DNA of 64,000 nucleotides from Proteromonas lacertae (Eukaryota), in NCBI GenBank assembly GCA_002245135.1, contig NGBS01000008.1, positions 62,001 to 126,000 on the forward strand, in the 5' to 3' direction. Positions 1 through 13,800 of this stretch are shown piece by piece. The position numbers were made by a program, and so were the translations under genes. The notes below the pieces were generated by a model, which saw only the letters and a program-made list of their open reading frames with translations, had not been told where the DNA came from and made no database searches. The stretch's first letter is position 1, and each line of letters opens with the position of its first letter.

Positions 1-1495
1 ATAATGACAATAATAATAATAATGAAGAAGAAGAAATAAATAGAATCAGTGAAGATAGATTTAGTTTTATTGGTGAAAATATATTAAGTTATGAAGTATA
101 TGCTGAAGTTGTAATTCACAAGTTAATCAATATATTGAAAGATAGTTCATTGGAGAATTTGTTTAAAGATATATTGGATATTTTGAAATCTATTTTTAGA
201 AATATAATACAGTCAAAAATGTCAATCCCATTAGTTTCTGAAATGTTATCCGTTTTATTTTCATTATTTAATGAATCGTCACAGAAAACAGTTGTACTTT
301 TACACTTTTTGAAGAGTCTATTTCCAGAATTCAAATCTCATTTCATTCCATTCCTACCAGAAGTAATGAAAATTATACAAAGATATTGGAATATACATTT
401 ACAAATCTGTTTGTCTTTAATAGATGAAATGATATGTTTATTACATTGTAATATCAGGACATTTGTCCCACAGATTGATTTATTGACATTAACTGTATTA
501 TCAGATGTAAATCCAAACAATTATGAAAAAATAAATCAAGTATTAGCAACAGTTGAACCAATTTGTCATTTTCTTTTCAGACATAATACATCAATTCTAA
601 ATGCATTATTTCATGTCTTTAATAGTGAAGATTGTTCATTAATACTTAAAATACAGTGTCTTAAGTGTATTGATAATTTAACTCATGATAATTCTGTGTA
701 TTTACATGGTCAATTGATTGTTAATAATTGTTTGTACATTTTAAAGAAATATCGTTCTGTAAAACCTGTAGTAGATTATGTTACTAAAATATTGTGTAAC
801 TTGTTGTTGATTTTAAGAGAAGATTTTAATTGCTTTATTAATACAATAGAAAGAGTGTTAGTGGAATGTAATATTGAAGCTTACAATTATCAGAATTATG
901 TGAATATATTGATATTTCAAAAACCACTACCTCAATTAGAACCATTAAAGTGGGAAAATAGTAGATATTTTTCTAATAATAACAATACATATTATATATA
1001 CAATAATACACTTTCTTCTACTACATCTTCTGCAACTACTGTTGCTAATACAATTACCAATGGAAATTTGATTAATCCTTTTACAGATACTCAACAAATA
1101 TGTGTTATTGAAGATAGAATTAATCAATTGGAAGAGTTTAAACAATGTTGGATTTGTCCAATTAAATCAACATCTGTATATATATATATATATTATTATT
1201 ATTATCTAATATGTTATTTAGGATTTATATTTGGATTGGTATCACAAACTAGTCAGTTCATTTTTAAAATATTCTCCCTGTAACATATTTAGATTGTGTA
1301 GTTCCATAACACATTTTCCTTTATTAAAAGAATTATTTAATTATGCTGTTAGTTCCTGTTGGGATTGTTTAAGTGATAATGATAAGAAGTTATTTGCTAG
1401 TTATTTAAAGACTGTAATTGTTCAACCAAATGTTCCTGTTGAGATATTGGAATGTGTATTATCACTTTGTGAATACTTTGATAGACATGAACTTG

Positions 1496-1533
<38 letters not shown>

Positions 1534-4500
1534 AATAATAGACTTTGGACATTGAAACATCGTTATTAACACAAACATCAATCCAATGTGAATCATTTAG
1601 TAAATCATTAAGAGCATCAGAAGCTGCATTCAGAAAAGATTCAAAGAATATTGATGAGTTAATCAAGTTATATACATCATTACATTATCGTGATGCTGCT
1701 GTATAAAAATACATATTTTATTATTATTATTATTATGAAATAGACTGGAATAATAGATATAATCAAAAAGAAAAGTCATTTACCCATTGATGTAGGAGCA
1801 GAATGGTGTGAACAGTTAGGAAGATGGTCTGATGCATTAGATATATATGAAAAAAGTACAGAGCCAAATTCACTCGAAGTTATATCAGGAAAAATACACT
1901 GTTACTTTGGAAGAGGTGAATATCATGAGATGATGCCATTAGTGAATAATATCCAAGATTATCAAGCCAAATCAGCTAAAGAATATGAAATATTGAAGAA
2001 TTTATATCCTGATATTACATTAGCTTATTTATATAACAATAATCTGATTAAAGCTTCTGAATTTTGTAATAAGTTTGAAGTAAATTCTACAAGAAATGCA
2101 TTATTGAAAGTAATGATTGAAATATTGAATGGCAATTACGATAAAGCTAATGATATATTAAAATCAACCAAATCTCGATTTTTATCTGTTGTTTTGTTGA
2201 ACTCTGATAGTTATAATCAATTATTTAGATCTTTAGCTCCAATTATTAACTTAGCAGAATCTCAAGAGATGATTGAATATAAAAGATATATACAAAAAAG
2301 TGAAACGGATCTATCAATAACCAATGAAATGATTAATGAAAAGAAAAGAAAATTATCAAAAATTTGGAGTAGAAGATTTGACGAATATTGTTCAAACCCT
2401 GAACTTCATTATTTAACATTAATATTTAGATCAAGTATATTAAAAGTAGAAGAGAATTATGAAGATTGGATTAACTTTGTTAATCATTGTTTGAAAGAAA
2501 ATCATACTATTTTAGCTGGTAGAGCTTTAGATTGTTTAAGTGGTGAGTCAAAAAATATCCGAACATTACACCCCAAAATCAGTTATACAAGATGTAAGTA
2601 TGATTATCATATTGGTAATAAAGTCCAGGCTTGTCTTGGGCTTGAGGATTTAATCAAATCAATAGATATAGAACAGTATAAAGATGTGAAAATTATGTGC
2701 TATTTGTGTTATGTTCAATGGAACTTACCAACTTTAACCCAAGAGAATATAAAAAAACTGTTAGATTATTCATTAGAAGCAACAAATCTGGATAAAACCA
2801 ACAGAAAAGCCTTTCATCAATTAGGTTTATTGTATTACAACTGTTTAGACCAATATCAGTATGTAATGAAAGGAAATGCAAATATTCATCTCTCAATTCC
2901 AGAATTAGCATCTCGAGCCATTGTTAGTATTTGTCAAACCTTACATTTGTCCACTCATAGTGATGATGCTTCAAGTATTCAAGATATATTGAAGTTAATC
3001 TCCTTATGGTTTAAATATGGAGAACAAAGTACAGTTTATGATATATTAAAGTCTAATATTGATACTGTCTCTTTAGATTTATGGTTGAAAGTAATACCAC
3101 AATTAACAGCAAGAATGTGTGTTGATGGTAAATTAGTTTCGTCCATTTTGACAAGTCTATTAGAACATATCGTTGATGAATATCCACAAGCTATTTTCTA
3201 CCCATTAAGTGTATATTTATCATCAAATTTACATACTCAACAACAACAAGAAAAAAAGACATTATTTGATGCTTTGACATTAAGAATGAAATCAAGACAT
3301 ACTCTGTTATATCAACAAGCAATATATGTAGTAAAAGAACTATTAAAAGTAGCTATTACCATCAATGAATATTTCATATCTTATATAGAAAAGGGATTAA
3401 GAGCTGGTTATAAAGGTGATTATCCTTCATTTATTGAGAGTGTTGAATCATTCTATACAGTTTATAGTGCTTTACCTGATAGACAAATAGAAACTGATTT
3501 CTACAATATGTATAATGATGAATTACAGGATATTTTTAAGCAATTTACTTATTTTAAAGTTAGATTACAAGTTAGTGAATTTGAAGCAATTTCTAGTAGA
3601 TTTAGTATTCTTCTGAAAGATATAAAAGAAAAGACATATAGTATAAATCAATATGAATTGAAATCATTATCTCCTTACTTATATGATGCAAAAGACTTGT
3701 TATTACTAATACCAATCACATTCTGTGATATAAAAGAAGAAGTTTATATCAAGAAATTCTGCCCAACTATTCAAGTAATTCATAGTAAAGAAAAACCAAG
3801 AAAAATCCAATTAATAGGAAGTAATGGAAAAGTATATACATTCATGTTAAAAGGAAATGAAGATTTGAGACAAGATGAAAGAATAATGCAAGCTTTTGGC
3901 TTGGTGAATGTAATATTAAAAACAAAAAGAGAAACAGCTGATAATAGTTTATCAATACACAGATACAGTTGTACTCCACTTAGTTGTACTGTTGGTATTT
4001 TAGAATGGTTATCTAATCATGACACTTTACATTCATTAATATGTCATTATCGTATGAAACATAATGTTAAAATAAATGTTGAACATATTGAATTATTATC
4101 TATTTGTCCTGAATATAACAGTAGTACATTAATACAACAAATTGAAGCATTTGAAACAGCACAAAAAGTAACGAATGGAATGGAATTAGCCAATATTTTG
4201 TGGTTGCAAAGTGAAAATACTGATATTTGGTGTGAAAAAAGATCTTTATATGTTAGAAGTTTAGCTGTGATGAGTGTTGTGGGTTATATAATTGGTATTG
4301 GTGATAGACATTTGTCTAATTTAATGATTAATAGAAGTACAGGTAAAATATGTCACATTGATTTTGGTGATTGTTTTGAAACGGCTATGCATAGAGAGAA
4401 ATTTCCAGAAAAAGTTCCATTTCGATTAACCCGATTATTAATTAACGCTATGGAATTATGTAGTATAGAAGGGACATTTAGATATACCTGTGAAAGAGTA

Positions 4501-5004
4501 ATGAATGTAATAAGAACCAATCACAATAGAGAATCATTATTGGCATTATTAGAAGCATTTATATATGATCCTTTGATTAACTGGAGATTAGTAAAGAAAC
4601 CACATTATAATGAATTTGAAGAAGATGATGATGATGATAATGATACTGAAGGAGGAGTAGAAAATAATGGAAATAATAATGATTATTATGATAATAGAGA
4701 TGGAATTGTGTTTGGTGATTCACAAGATAGTTCAACTATTACAACTAATTCTAATTCTAGTAGTAGTAGAAGATTGTCTGTATCATATACGAATTATGAT
4801 CTGGAAGATGCTATTGGCTGTTCTCCTCAATTGGTTGATAAAGTTGCTGTGAAAGTATTGAAGAGAGTTAAAGATAAATTGACTGGATTAGATATTTCAC
4901 CTGTTCAAAAGGATGTTAAAAATCAAATTAGTTGTTTAATTGATCAAGCTACTGCTAGTAGTAACTTGGCTCAAGCATTTATTGGTTGGTATGCGTTTTG
5001 GTGA
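1..5004 (+). CDS. TOR: TOR kinase (PIKK family), 5'-truncated by the window edge; introns at 1176-1221, 1495-1541 and 1701-1743
   Basis: HEAT/FAT region, then WLKVIPQL, LKGNEDLRQDER, IGDRHLSNLMI, HIDFGDCFE, PEKVPFRLTR, LEAFIYDPLINWRL and a FATC end (NLAQAFIGWYAFW). Three GT-AG introns join ORFs 135, 1231 and 1930 in frame. Confidence 0.95.
1501..1531. repeat. (TA)n microsatellite inside a TOR intron; representative of many intronic (TA)n/(TAT)n tracts
   Basis: About 15 TA units seen directly; similar tracts near 1177, 7921, 30591, 41229, 61987 and 62698. Confidence 0.9.
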
Positions 5005-5134
5005 ATATTCTCAATCATTTATTCTTTTGTGGTTTATTCTGTTTTTTATTTTTTTGGTGTTGGTTTTGAAATGTGATATTGAATAATGTTTTTGTTGAAT
5101 GAAATAACTAACGGATAAACAAAAAAAATAAGAA

Positions 5135-6805
5135 ATGAAACGACTATATTTACTATCATTTTGCTCTATCCTTATTCTCCTTGTCGTTTTCTTAATTAAG
5201 ATATTTTCATTTGCATCCAAATTTGATTCTTACACATATCGACCTAGAAAACTAACACACAATTATACTCTACTGACTAATAGAGTGAAACAGTATGAAG
5301 TGTGTTTGTTAAATACAGCTAAAGAATTTCCTATAGCAGATACTGATAATTTATTGGATTTTCTTAACTCAAACAAGAATAAGATCTTCTCTTTCTGCCC
5401 AAAGCTGTATGTAGTTGTGCCAAATACAAAGTCGGTCAATTTAGATTCAAAATATGTAAATATATATATTATCAGGTACATATATTCAGATTCAACACTT
5501 CTTACACTGTTAATATCTCATTATTTTATGCCTCAGAGTGATGAAATATTGTTTATTAGAGTTAAATCGTTTAGTGAAGATGTGTTTGAATTAGATTACA
5601 ACACAATTTTAAGTCCAGAATCAAAGAAAGTGTATAACTCAGATGCAATAAATGTTCAAGTATTTGTATTACATATGCTAAGATATTTATGGATGTATAT
5701 TGGTTATGATTTCGTAAAGAAGAATTTAGATGATATAACCACATTGCCAATGAATGAAATCAGTGAAAAATATAAAGATGAGCCAATTATAAAGTGTTTT
5801 GAATCACATGATAATGATTTTCTATCAGTATTATTAAGATTATACAGAAGAGATAATATTAGGAGACAAATTGAAATAATCAAACAATATAAAAATGTGA
5901 ATGAAGTGATAGCAATACAGAATTATATGTTTAATACTCATTTCCCTTTTACTTTAGAAGATGAATTGATAAGACCTTCCAAGGGTCAAATCACATTGAT
6001 TTATGTTTGGTGTACAAATTGGAATTCTGTCTTTTTCTTAAGCAGACTACTACCAATATTATCTCAAGCTAAATATTTGATGTTCTTAGATGATGATCAA
6101 ATATGGAATCCTAAATATGTTCAAGCACTTGAAGAAATAATTAAATCTGATAATGGTAAAATTGTTGGTATTGATGGTTATTCATTTAGAGGAAGAGGTT
6201 CTGGTTCAATTAAATATAATGGTGAAGAATATAACTATGAAATTACTTCTGTTTTGTATGGTACTAATTTCTTTCAACCACAATATGAATATTATACTTG
6301 GAGATATATAATTCCTTATACATTATCAGGTGATGATTTGATCTTAAGTTATTCATCCTATGATCAATGTGATATTCCTACAGTATTATTTAGATATAAA
6401 GATAATATTTATAACTTTCCAAATCCAGAAGAATATTCAACTGGCCGTTTAAATACATCGATGTATGGCTTAGGAAATAGAATATGGGGAAGTCAGAGAG
6501 TTAAATGTTTTAGAACAAGAAGGAATAAGATAAGAAGATTATATTCAAAATCAAGAAGAATAAGACGTATTAGAAACAAAGAAGAGAAAAAAGAAGAGAA
6601 TAAAACTGAAGTAGCGAAGACTCCAGAAGAAGAAAGTAATAAAAGATTATATCCAAGATTAAGAAGAATAAGAAATGAAAATAATAATATTGAAGTGAAA
6701 AAAGAAGAGGTAAAACCAGATACACCAAAGATTACTGAAGGACCTAGGATGGGAAAGCTACAGATAGATAAGTATGATAAATGTCTAGCATATGCATCTT
6801 TATAA
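5135..6805 (+). CDS. Type II membrane GT-A-fold glycosyltransferase-like protein with a basic/acidic C-terminal tail
   Basis: N-terminal TM anchor; YLMFLDDDQIW (DxD-like) and SGDDLILSY motifs resemble GT2/GT64-type enzymes. Family not determinable by eye. Confidence 0.55.
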   Translation: MKRLYLLSFCSILILLVVFLIKIFSFASKFDSYTYRPRKLTHNYTLLTNRVKQYEVCLLNTAKEFPIADTDNLLDFLNSNKNKIFSFCPKLYVVVPNTKSVNLDSKYVNIYIIRYIYSDSTLLTLLISHYFMPQSDEILFIRVKSFSEDVFELDYNTILSPESKKVYNSDAINVQVFVLHMLRYLWMYIGYDFVKKNLDDITTLPMNEISEKYKDEPIIKCFESHDNDFLSVLLRLYRRDNIRRQIEIIKQYKNVNEVIAIQNYMFNTHFPFTLEDELIRPSKGQITLIYVWCTNWNSVFFLSRLLPILSQAKYLMFLDDDQIWNPKYVQALEEIIKSDNGKIVGIDGYSFRGRGSGSIKYNGEEYNYEITSVLYGTNFFQPQYEYYTWRYIIPYTLSGDDLILSYSSYDQCDIPTVLFRYKDNIYNFPNPEEYSTGRLNTSMYGLGNRIWGSQRVKCFRTRRNKIRRLYSKSRRIRRIRNKEEKKEENKTEVAKTPEEESNKRLYPRLRRIRNENNNIEVKKEEVKPDTPKITEGPRMGKLQIDKYDKCLAYASL

Positions 6806-7032
6806 ATAGATTAATTAACATTTATATATTTAAATTAATGAGCTATATTTATATTTTGTTTATTGTTTGTGATTTCATTTACATAATATAACTTGATATT
6901 AATAATGGTGTATTGTAAATAGTAAGCAGAAATATAAGAAATAATAAATATATTCGGTTTGAAATTATCTGTATTCGGGTACTTTTTCATTTTCTTTGTT
7001 TCTACCTTAACGAGTTATATAATAATAATATA

Positions 7033-9047
7033 ATGGTGATAATAAAGTATTATACCCGTTTATTTTATCTTTTTAGATATAATACTTCAAATTCATTTGA
7101 AGAGAATGTTCAAATCGCTGCAGAAATACTTAGTAAAGTCTTATCTTCATATACTAGTGAATGTAAAGTGAAAAAGTTGATAGAAAAGAACAGATTAGAT
7201 CCACATACATTCACAGTATCTCTGTTTTCTCTTGGATTTCTAGAAAAATCAACAAAAGAGGATTTTCTGAAGTATAATTATATAATTATAAAATTTTAGA
7301 TCATTTGTTAGTTACTGTGATTCTTACCCTTTAGTTGTATCACAAATAGTAACACAATCATATTCAATAATAATTGATGCTTATATCAGAAATATAGCAT
7401 TTAATTTATCTCAATTTCTTCAAATCTTCTCTCAATTCCTAGTTAAAAAACCTTCATTTTATCAAACTGTATTAAACCAAACATTTTATATTGTATCATA
7501 TGATTGTGATATATATTCCGATGTAAATCTAGAAAGATTAGATATATTCCTCTATAATGTAATGAAATGGATTAGATCATTTAGAATATTAGGATCAAAA
7601 CATTCATTCACAGAATTTATAAATTTTATAGAATTTTACTTTAAAAATATAATAACAAACACTCCACTATCAACACCTGTTTATTACTTAGAACTATGGT
7701 GTATTAACATATATAGTCCTTTATTATTACATCAAATAAACAATCTATCATTTATTCAAACTAAAGAATTAACAATTTATTCAATTACTCATATCTATTG
7801 GTTAGTAATGAGTTTGAATAATTTTACACATTTATATTTAGAGAATGTGATTGATAGTGTTTTATTAAAACATTTACATAATTTTGTTGGAGAAATTTTT
7901 CCACATGAAATATATAATAGTATATATATATATATATATATTATATTATATTATATTTATTAATTTATTGTTGTAGAAGATAATATTAAAGTATTTATTT
8001 GTCTATATCAAATCATTGGTTTGTTGATCATAAATAATTTTGGTATAATTCTATTGGTTTTTTTATGTTATATAGATTATCTTTATAATAAAGATGCAAA
8101 TAAATTATATAAAATAATTAATAAATACTATAGATATCCGTATTTAATGCTTTTACCATATACAATCCTCTCAAATTATATTGAATTATTGAAAGAGTAT
8201 TATAAAGAAAGAGAATATTTGAATAGAAACAATATATCAACCTTACCATGTTATATTTATGATAATCTCTTTTCTTCGATAAATTTACCTCCACATATCT
8301 CCACTCTGTTTGAAATAAATGGAAAAGAGATTTACTATATCCCATCACTGTTTAGACAAGAAATAATTAGTGATATTTCATCACATATGGAGATAATCAA
8401 CAAAGTAATTCATTTTGATTTCATAGGAAAAGAGAATAATAATTTAAATCATTCAAATGAGAAATATGAAAATATAGAGTTTAGTAAATTACCATTCATT
8501 GTATTACATTCTATATTTGAATATTTGAATGTAAAAGATGTATGTAATTTGTCATTAGTTTCTCATAAGTTATATGAAATATCAAATAATAATGCCTTGT
8601 GGAAGTGTTTATCATTCAATGAGTGGGGTAGGAATAAAAGAATTCAATGTGATCATAATATACAAAGTCATAACTGGAAAGTGTTATTTAAATGTAGATA
8701 TTATCAAAGAAGAAAATGCAAAAATAAGAATTTAGTGATAAGAACAAATGATAAAAAGAAAAGATATAAATTATGTCCAATTTGTTATTGTTGTTCTATT
8801 ATTAGTATATTTATTATTAATATTTATATGAATAGCAAAAGGTAAAATGGAGAAACATCTAAAGGAGAAACATTTAGGAAATTCATTCACTTGTCCAATA
8901 TCAAGTATTTTCCTTTATATAATTTATATTCCAATAGAATGCCATAAAAAATTCAATGAATTGTGTAAATTTAATAAACATCTCTCAAATACACACAGTG
9001 TTGAAGAATTTATAAAAAGAGATCATAAGAAATCAATAATTTTTTAA
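7033..9047 (+). CDS. F-box protein with C-terminal C2H2 zinc fingers (multi-exon)
   Basis: F-box FSKLPFIVLHSIFEYLNVKDVCNLSLVSHKLYEISNNNALWK; CPIC..H...KH and CP..ECHKKF.....FNKHLSNTH fingers across short introns. Start position approximate. Confidence 0.7.
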
Positions 9048-9216
9048 GTATGTTATTTATTGATTTGATTTGTGTATGTTTGTTGATTATATTCTTTCGC
9101 TGGATTGATTTTTAGGAAAATACACAAAATACACTCTAATACATCTGTTTTTTGTGTATTTAAAAAATCAAACTTCAGCTTGAAATTCAAACTTTTCAAA
9201 ATCGTTATTCATATTT

Positions 9217-10676
9217 ATGCAACCTGCTACACGTATATATTAGTGATATATCTATTTTATTAATAGCTGATACAAGTGGAGAGTATGAAGAATCTAAGAC
9301 TCATATAGAAAACGATATTATAGTATAGTTCAAAAATTCCATTAAATTGTGTATAGGGACCAGAATCAAAAGAAGATGGTAATGTTAAAAGAGTAGATAA
9401 CCAAAACTATGATGAAGCTTATGAGATTGATGATACTTTAGGAACTAGGTATGTTCAAGCGTATTATATTTGTTAGTCTTGACAGTAATTTGCTTGGAGT
9501 TACAGGACCAAGACCAGGTGCACCAGGAGGTGGTCCTTCACAACAACCAACCAGCCAGCCTTTGAATAGATCATATGATGAAACAGTAGAAATTAGTCAA
9601 ACAGCCCAATCAATAGCAACCCCACCAAAAGGATCAACAATGACATCACAAGCATCTCGATCAACAACACAGACTAAAGAGAAGCCATGTATATATTTAT
9701 ATTGATTATATTATTATAATAGTTGTGGACAGTCCACCTCCAGATTATGGAGAAGAAAGTAATGAATATCGACAAGATCCAAGAGAAATACCAGGTACAG
9801 ACACTCGTCAATCACAACAAGATCCATTCCAACAAGCACAAAGATTCCAACAACAGCAGCAACAACAACAACAACAAGATATGAGTAGATCAGGAGATTA
9901 TGATATGAGTGATGATGTAAGCATGAGTTTACCACATGCAACTCCCTCTACTGGTTATAATGCTAATGATTATGCACATTTGAACGTAAACAAAGAAGTA
10001 AAAGAGTTATTCCATTATATCGAACAATTCAAACCTCAAGAAGTAAATTTAGATACAAAATTAAAATGTTTCTTGCCAGAATATGTTCCTTGTATTGGTG
10101 AAATTGATACATTTATAAAAGTACCTCGTCCTGATGGTAAATCTGATGGTTTGGGCTTGACACAATTAGATGAACCAGCCACAATTCAAACAGATTCGAC
10201 TGTATTAGAATTACAATTAAGAGCAATTAGTAAGAAGAAGAATATGGATCCAATTACTGTATTTAATATTATTATTATTATTATTATATTGATAGATTCG
10301 AAGTATAGAAAATGCAGAAAAGAATCCTGAAAGAATACAACAATGGATAGATTCAGTAGAAGAATTACATAAAACAAAACCTCCTGTTCAAGTTCATTAC
10401 AGTAAAACAATGCCTGATATAGAAACACTAATGGAACAATGGTCACCTGAGTTTGAAGAAAGCTTGAATGATGTTCAATTTCCAGGTAGTGATATCGATT
10501 TTTCATTGAATGAATATAGTCGATTAGTATGTGCAATTCTTGATATTCCAGTTTATGATAAAAATGCTAAGAATACTAGTGTGGTTGAGGCTTTGCATTG
10601 TTTATTCAGTTTATATAATACATACAATGAAATTCCTAATTTTGCTGATAAGAAACCTCATCATTTGAGTGAATGA
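9217..10676 (+). CDS. IFT46: Intraflagellar transport protein 46 (multi-exon, N-terminal acidic/polyQ extension)
   Basis: YNANDYAHLNV, LDTKLKCFLPEYVPCIGEIDTFIKVPRPD, LGLTQLDEP, MPDIETLMEQW and CAILDIPVY match IFT46 conserved blocks. Confidence 0.92.
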
Positions 10677-10891
10677 AATAATTAAAAAGAATGTAGTAAT
10701 AATATAATATATTTTCATTTGATTATAATAATTTTGATATTTTAAAACTAAAAACAATATAGCGAATAAATATTATGAAAGAAAAGATGAAAAGTAAAAA
10801 TTGGTTTAAATGATGAGTAGTTTATTATTTTTCATTCAATATAAACATACAGTAATAATATATTTCGATAATATGAGCATTAAAAGTAATT

Positions 10892-13800
10892 CTATATTCG
10901 AACTCCTTCAACTTGTTTTTCTGATATTGATATTCTTTTTAATGAAGATTGAGATCTTGCTCTTTTTCTAAATATTCCTGTTCTTAATAAACAGAATACT
11001 ACCACTAATATCACAATTAAACCAGCTGCTACTGATCCTACTGCTATTCCAGCTATTGCTCCACTACTTGTTTCACATTCACTTTCATCAATCTTACCCC
11101 AAACACCTTTATTCTCATCTGTTAATAAACATTTTCTTCTCTTCATTCCACTATCTGCTCCTCCACATTTTATTGATACTTCTTTTCCTCCTTTCTCAGC
11201 TGGAGTTCTTGGAAATCCAGAATCAGATTCACAATATATTGCTTCAAATTCTATTTCTACTTCTACAGTTTGAATTTGAACGGATGGAGGATTTCGAATT
11301 GTAAATGTATATTTTGTTTTTTCTGCATATTCTGATGGTAATCCATATATTTCTCCAGATTTTGAATCTAATGATAAGCCTTTAGGTAATTCAGGATTTA
11401 CTGAAATTTCAAGATTTGTTCCAACTGCAATAAATAAATAAATTGATTTTATTGCTTCACCAAATTTGAATTTTATACTTGGCACTTTACTTGATGGAAT
11501 AATAACAGGATTAGTTGGAATTGATGATATTAACATGAATGTAAATGAAACTTGTTTTCCACTTCCACTTATTAAGATTGTGGTATTTACTGAATTAAAA
11601 CTACTTGTTATATATCCACTTATTCTTCCACTAGATGAATCAAATTTCAATGTCGAGGATGGAAGATTAGGTATTATTGAATAAACTAAATTCTTTCCTG
11701 TCACTCTACCCAACTTTATTTCTTCATATTCTTTTCCACCTTCGATTGTTATACTGTCAAAATGTTCAATTATTACTGGTTCTAACAGATTCTTCGATCA
11801 TTTATTGTGATTGGATTAGATATTTCACCATTTTCATTGTAACATTTGAATGTATATGATTTACTACTTGGTGGTTCAGTATTCACTTTTCCACTTATTA
11901 TTCCACTATTTTCATCTAATTTCAATCCATCTGGTAATGTTGGTTCAATTGAATATAAGATTGTTTTAGCTAAACATTGGTAAGGTTGTAGATCTTTATA
12001 ACTCACCCCAAATATCATTGTTACTTCTTTTTCATATTTTATATTATTTGGTTTGATTGGTAATGTCACATTCAGTTCAATTGTCATATCAACATAATCA
12101 ACTTTATTTGAAGCAGTAAATTTACTTCTCATTGAAGTTTCTTCTATTGTCATACCTTTTATTATACCACTACTTTTATCTAAACTCAATCCTTTTGGTA
12201 ATTTATCTACTTTATATTCAATATTTTCACCTATCACATGAAATAATTTCAATTCTTTATATTCTTTACCAGCATCTAATATCACTGATTCATTACTCCA
12301 GATTCTAATTGGAATATTCGAAGGTAATATAGTTATTGGTATATCAATTGTTAAACCATCACCACCTGAATATGGATTACTGGCTTTGAAATAAACTGGT
12401 TTAGAAGATTGTTCAATATATGGTTGACCAGATATTAAACCAGTTGAATTATCTATTCTCATACCACTTACTTCACTTGTCATTGAATAGAATATATCTT
12501 TTCCTGAAACTGTGAATAATCTAACATTTTCATAAAAACTACCTGCTTTGAATGTATAAGATGATTCTTTATACATTAAAACTGGAGTTTCATTACAAGT
12601 ATTTTCAATTTCATTCCAAGATTTATCATTATTACAATAAAATGTTCGATTTCCTGAAACTCCAGATGTTTTACATCCAATTGTTATTTCTGTTCCAGTT
12701 ACTGTTTCTGGTATATCTTCTATTGCTTTACAATATCGTAATGGACATAAATGGAAATTTATATCATACACATCAATATAACCTGATGAACTTGTAGTTT
12801 TTGTTATATTGAATCTAATTGCTGAATACATAACAGATGTACTATAGTTTGTAAATACTCTCTTCAAATTATCTGAGTAAGTTATACCAGTATAATTACC
12901 AATCAAATTCCATTTTGAATTATATAATCCTTCAACTGTGAAGTCTTTTGGACCAGAATTATATGAAGAATATGCATTAATACTAAACTGATTGAAATAT
13001 GTATGAAAATGATCTTTATATCTCATTATTGCCCAACCAGGTAATGGTTCAATATTATACCATTCTGATTTTGGATTTTCATCAAAACCATAAACAGCAG
13101 GAAAATATTGATTTATTGTATTTGTTTCAGTAACTCTTTTAGTATATTTGTTAAGAATTAAACAATCTTGTTCACTTCCAATTATTCTTAATAAAGATGA
13201 ACTTATTTCAGGGAAATTGGTTTCTCCATTGAATTTGTGTAATTCGATTGAGATTTCAACTGGATTTTCTTCTAACCAAGGAATTGGAAGAATAAACACC
13301 TCATCAGTTAAACCATCATATCGATTATTTGCCATTGTTGATGGAGATATTTCACCATTTGGTAAATTATTTCGAAAGATTTCTTTTCCATTCACTTTTA
13401 TTAATATTCCACTTATATAACTCACTTTTAAAGCAAATCCATTGTATTTATCTAAATCACTAAATGTGTCTATCTTTCTTATATAAATCACATTTCCAGA
13501 TACTTTGTTAATTTCTGATAATTTAGATTTTGACCATGTTGAATGTCCACTACTTGGATTATCCCAACCATCTTCATATTGAATTGAATTTTCCCATTCT
13601 GTATCATAATCATAATCTTTTGTGGAATGAATATTCTTTTCTTTTTTTGAAACATAACTTCCTAATGATGTTCTATCAACTGGAATTCCATCAACTAATA
13701 CATCAATAAAACCATTACCATAACCTGAATATGAAGAAGAACTTCCTCTAAAAACTGCTGTATATTCATCATTTGATAAACAATAATCATATTTATAGAT

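Noticed and set aside
9848..9877. CAA/CAG repeat as a regulatory or CRISPR-like array
   Set aside because: Ordinary polyglutamine tract in the IFT46 N-terminal extension. No repeat-spacer structure exists anywhere in the window.
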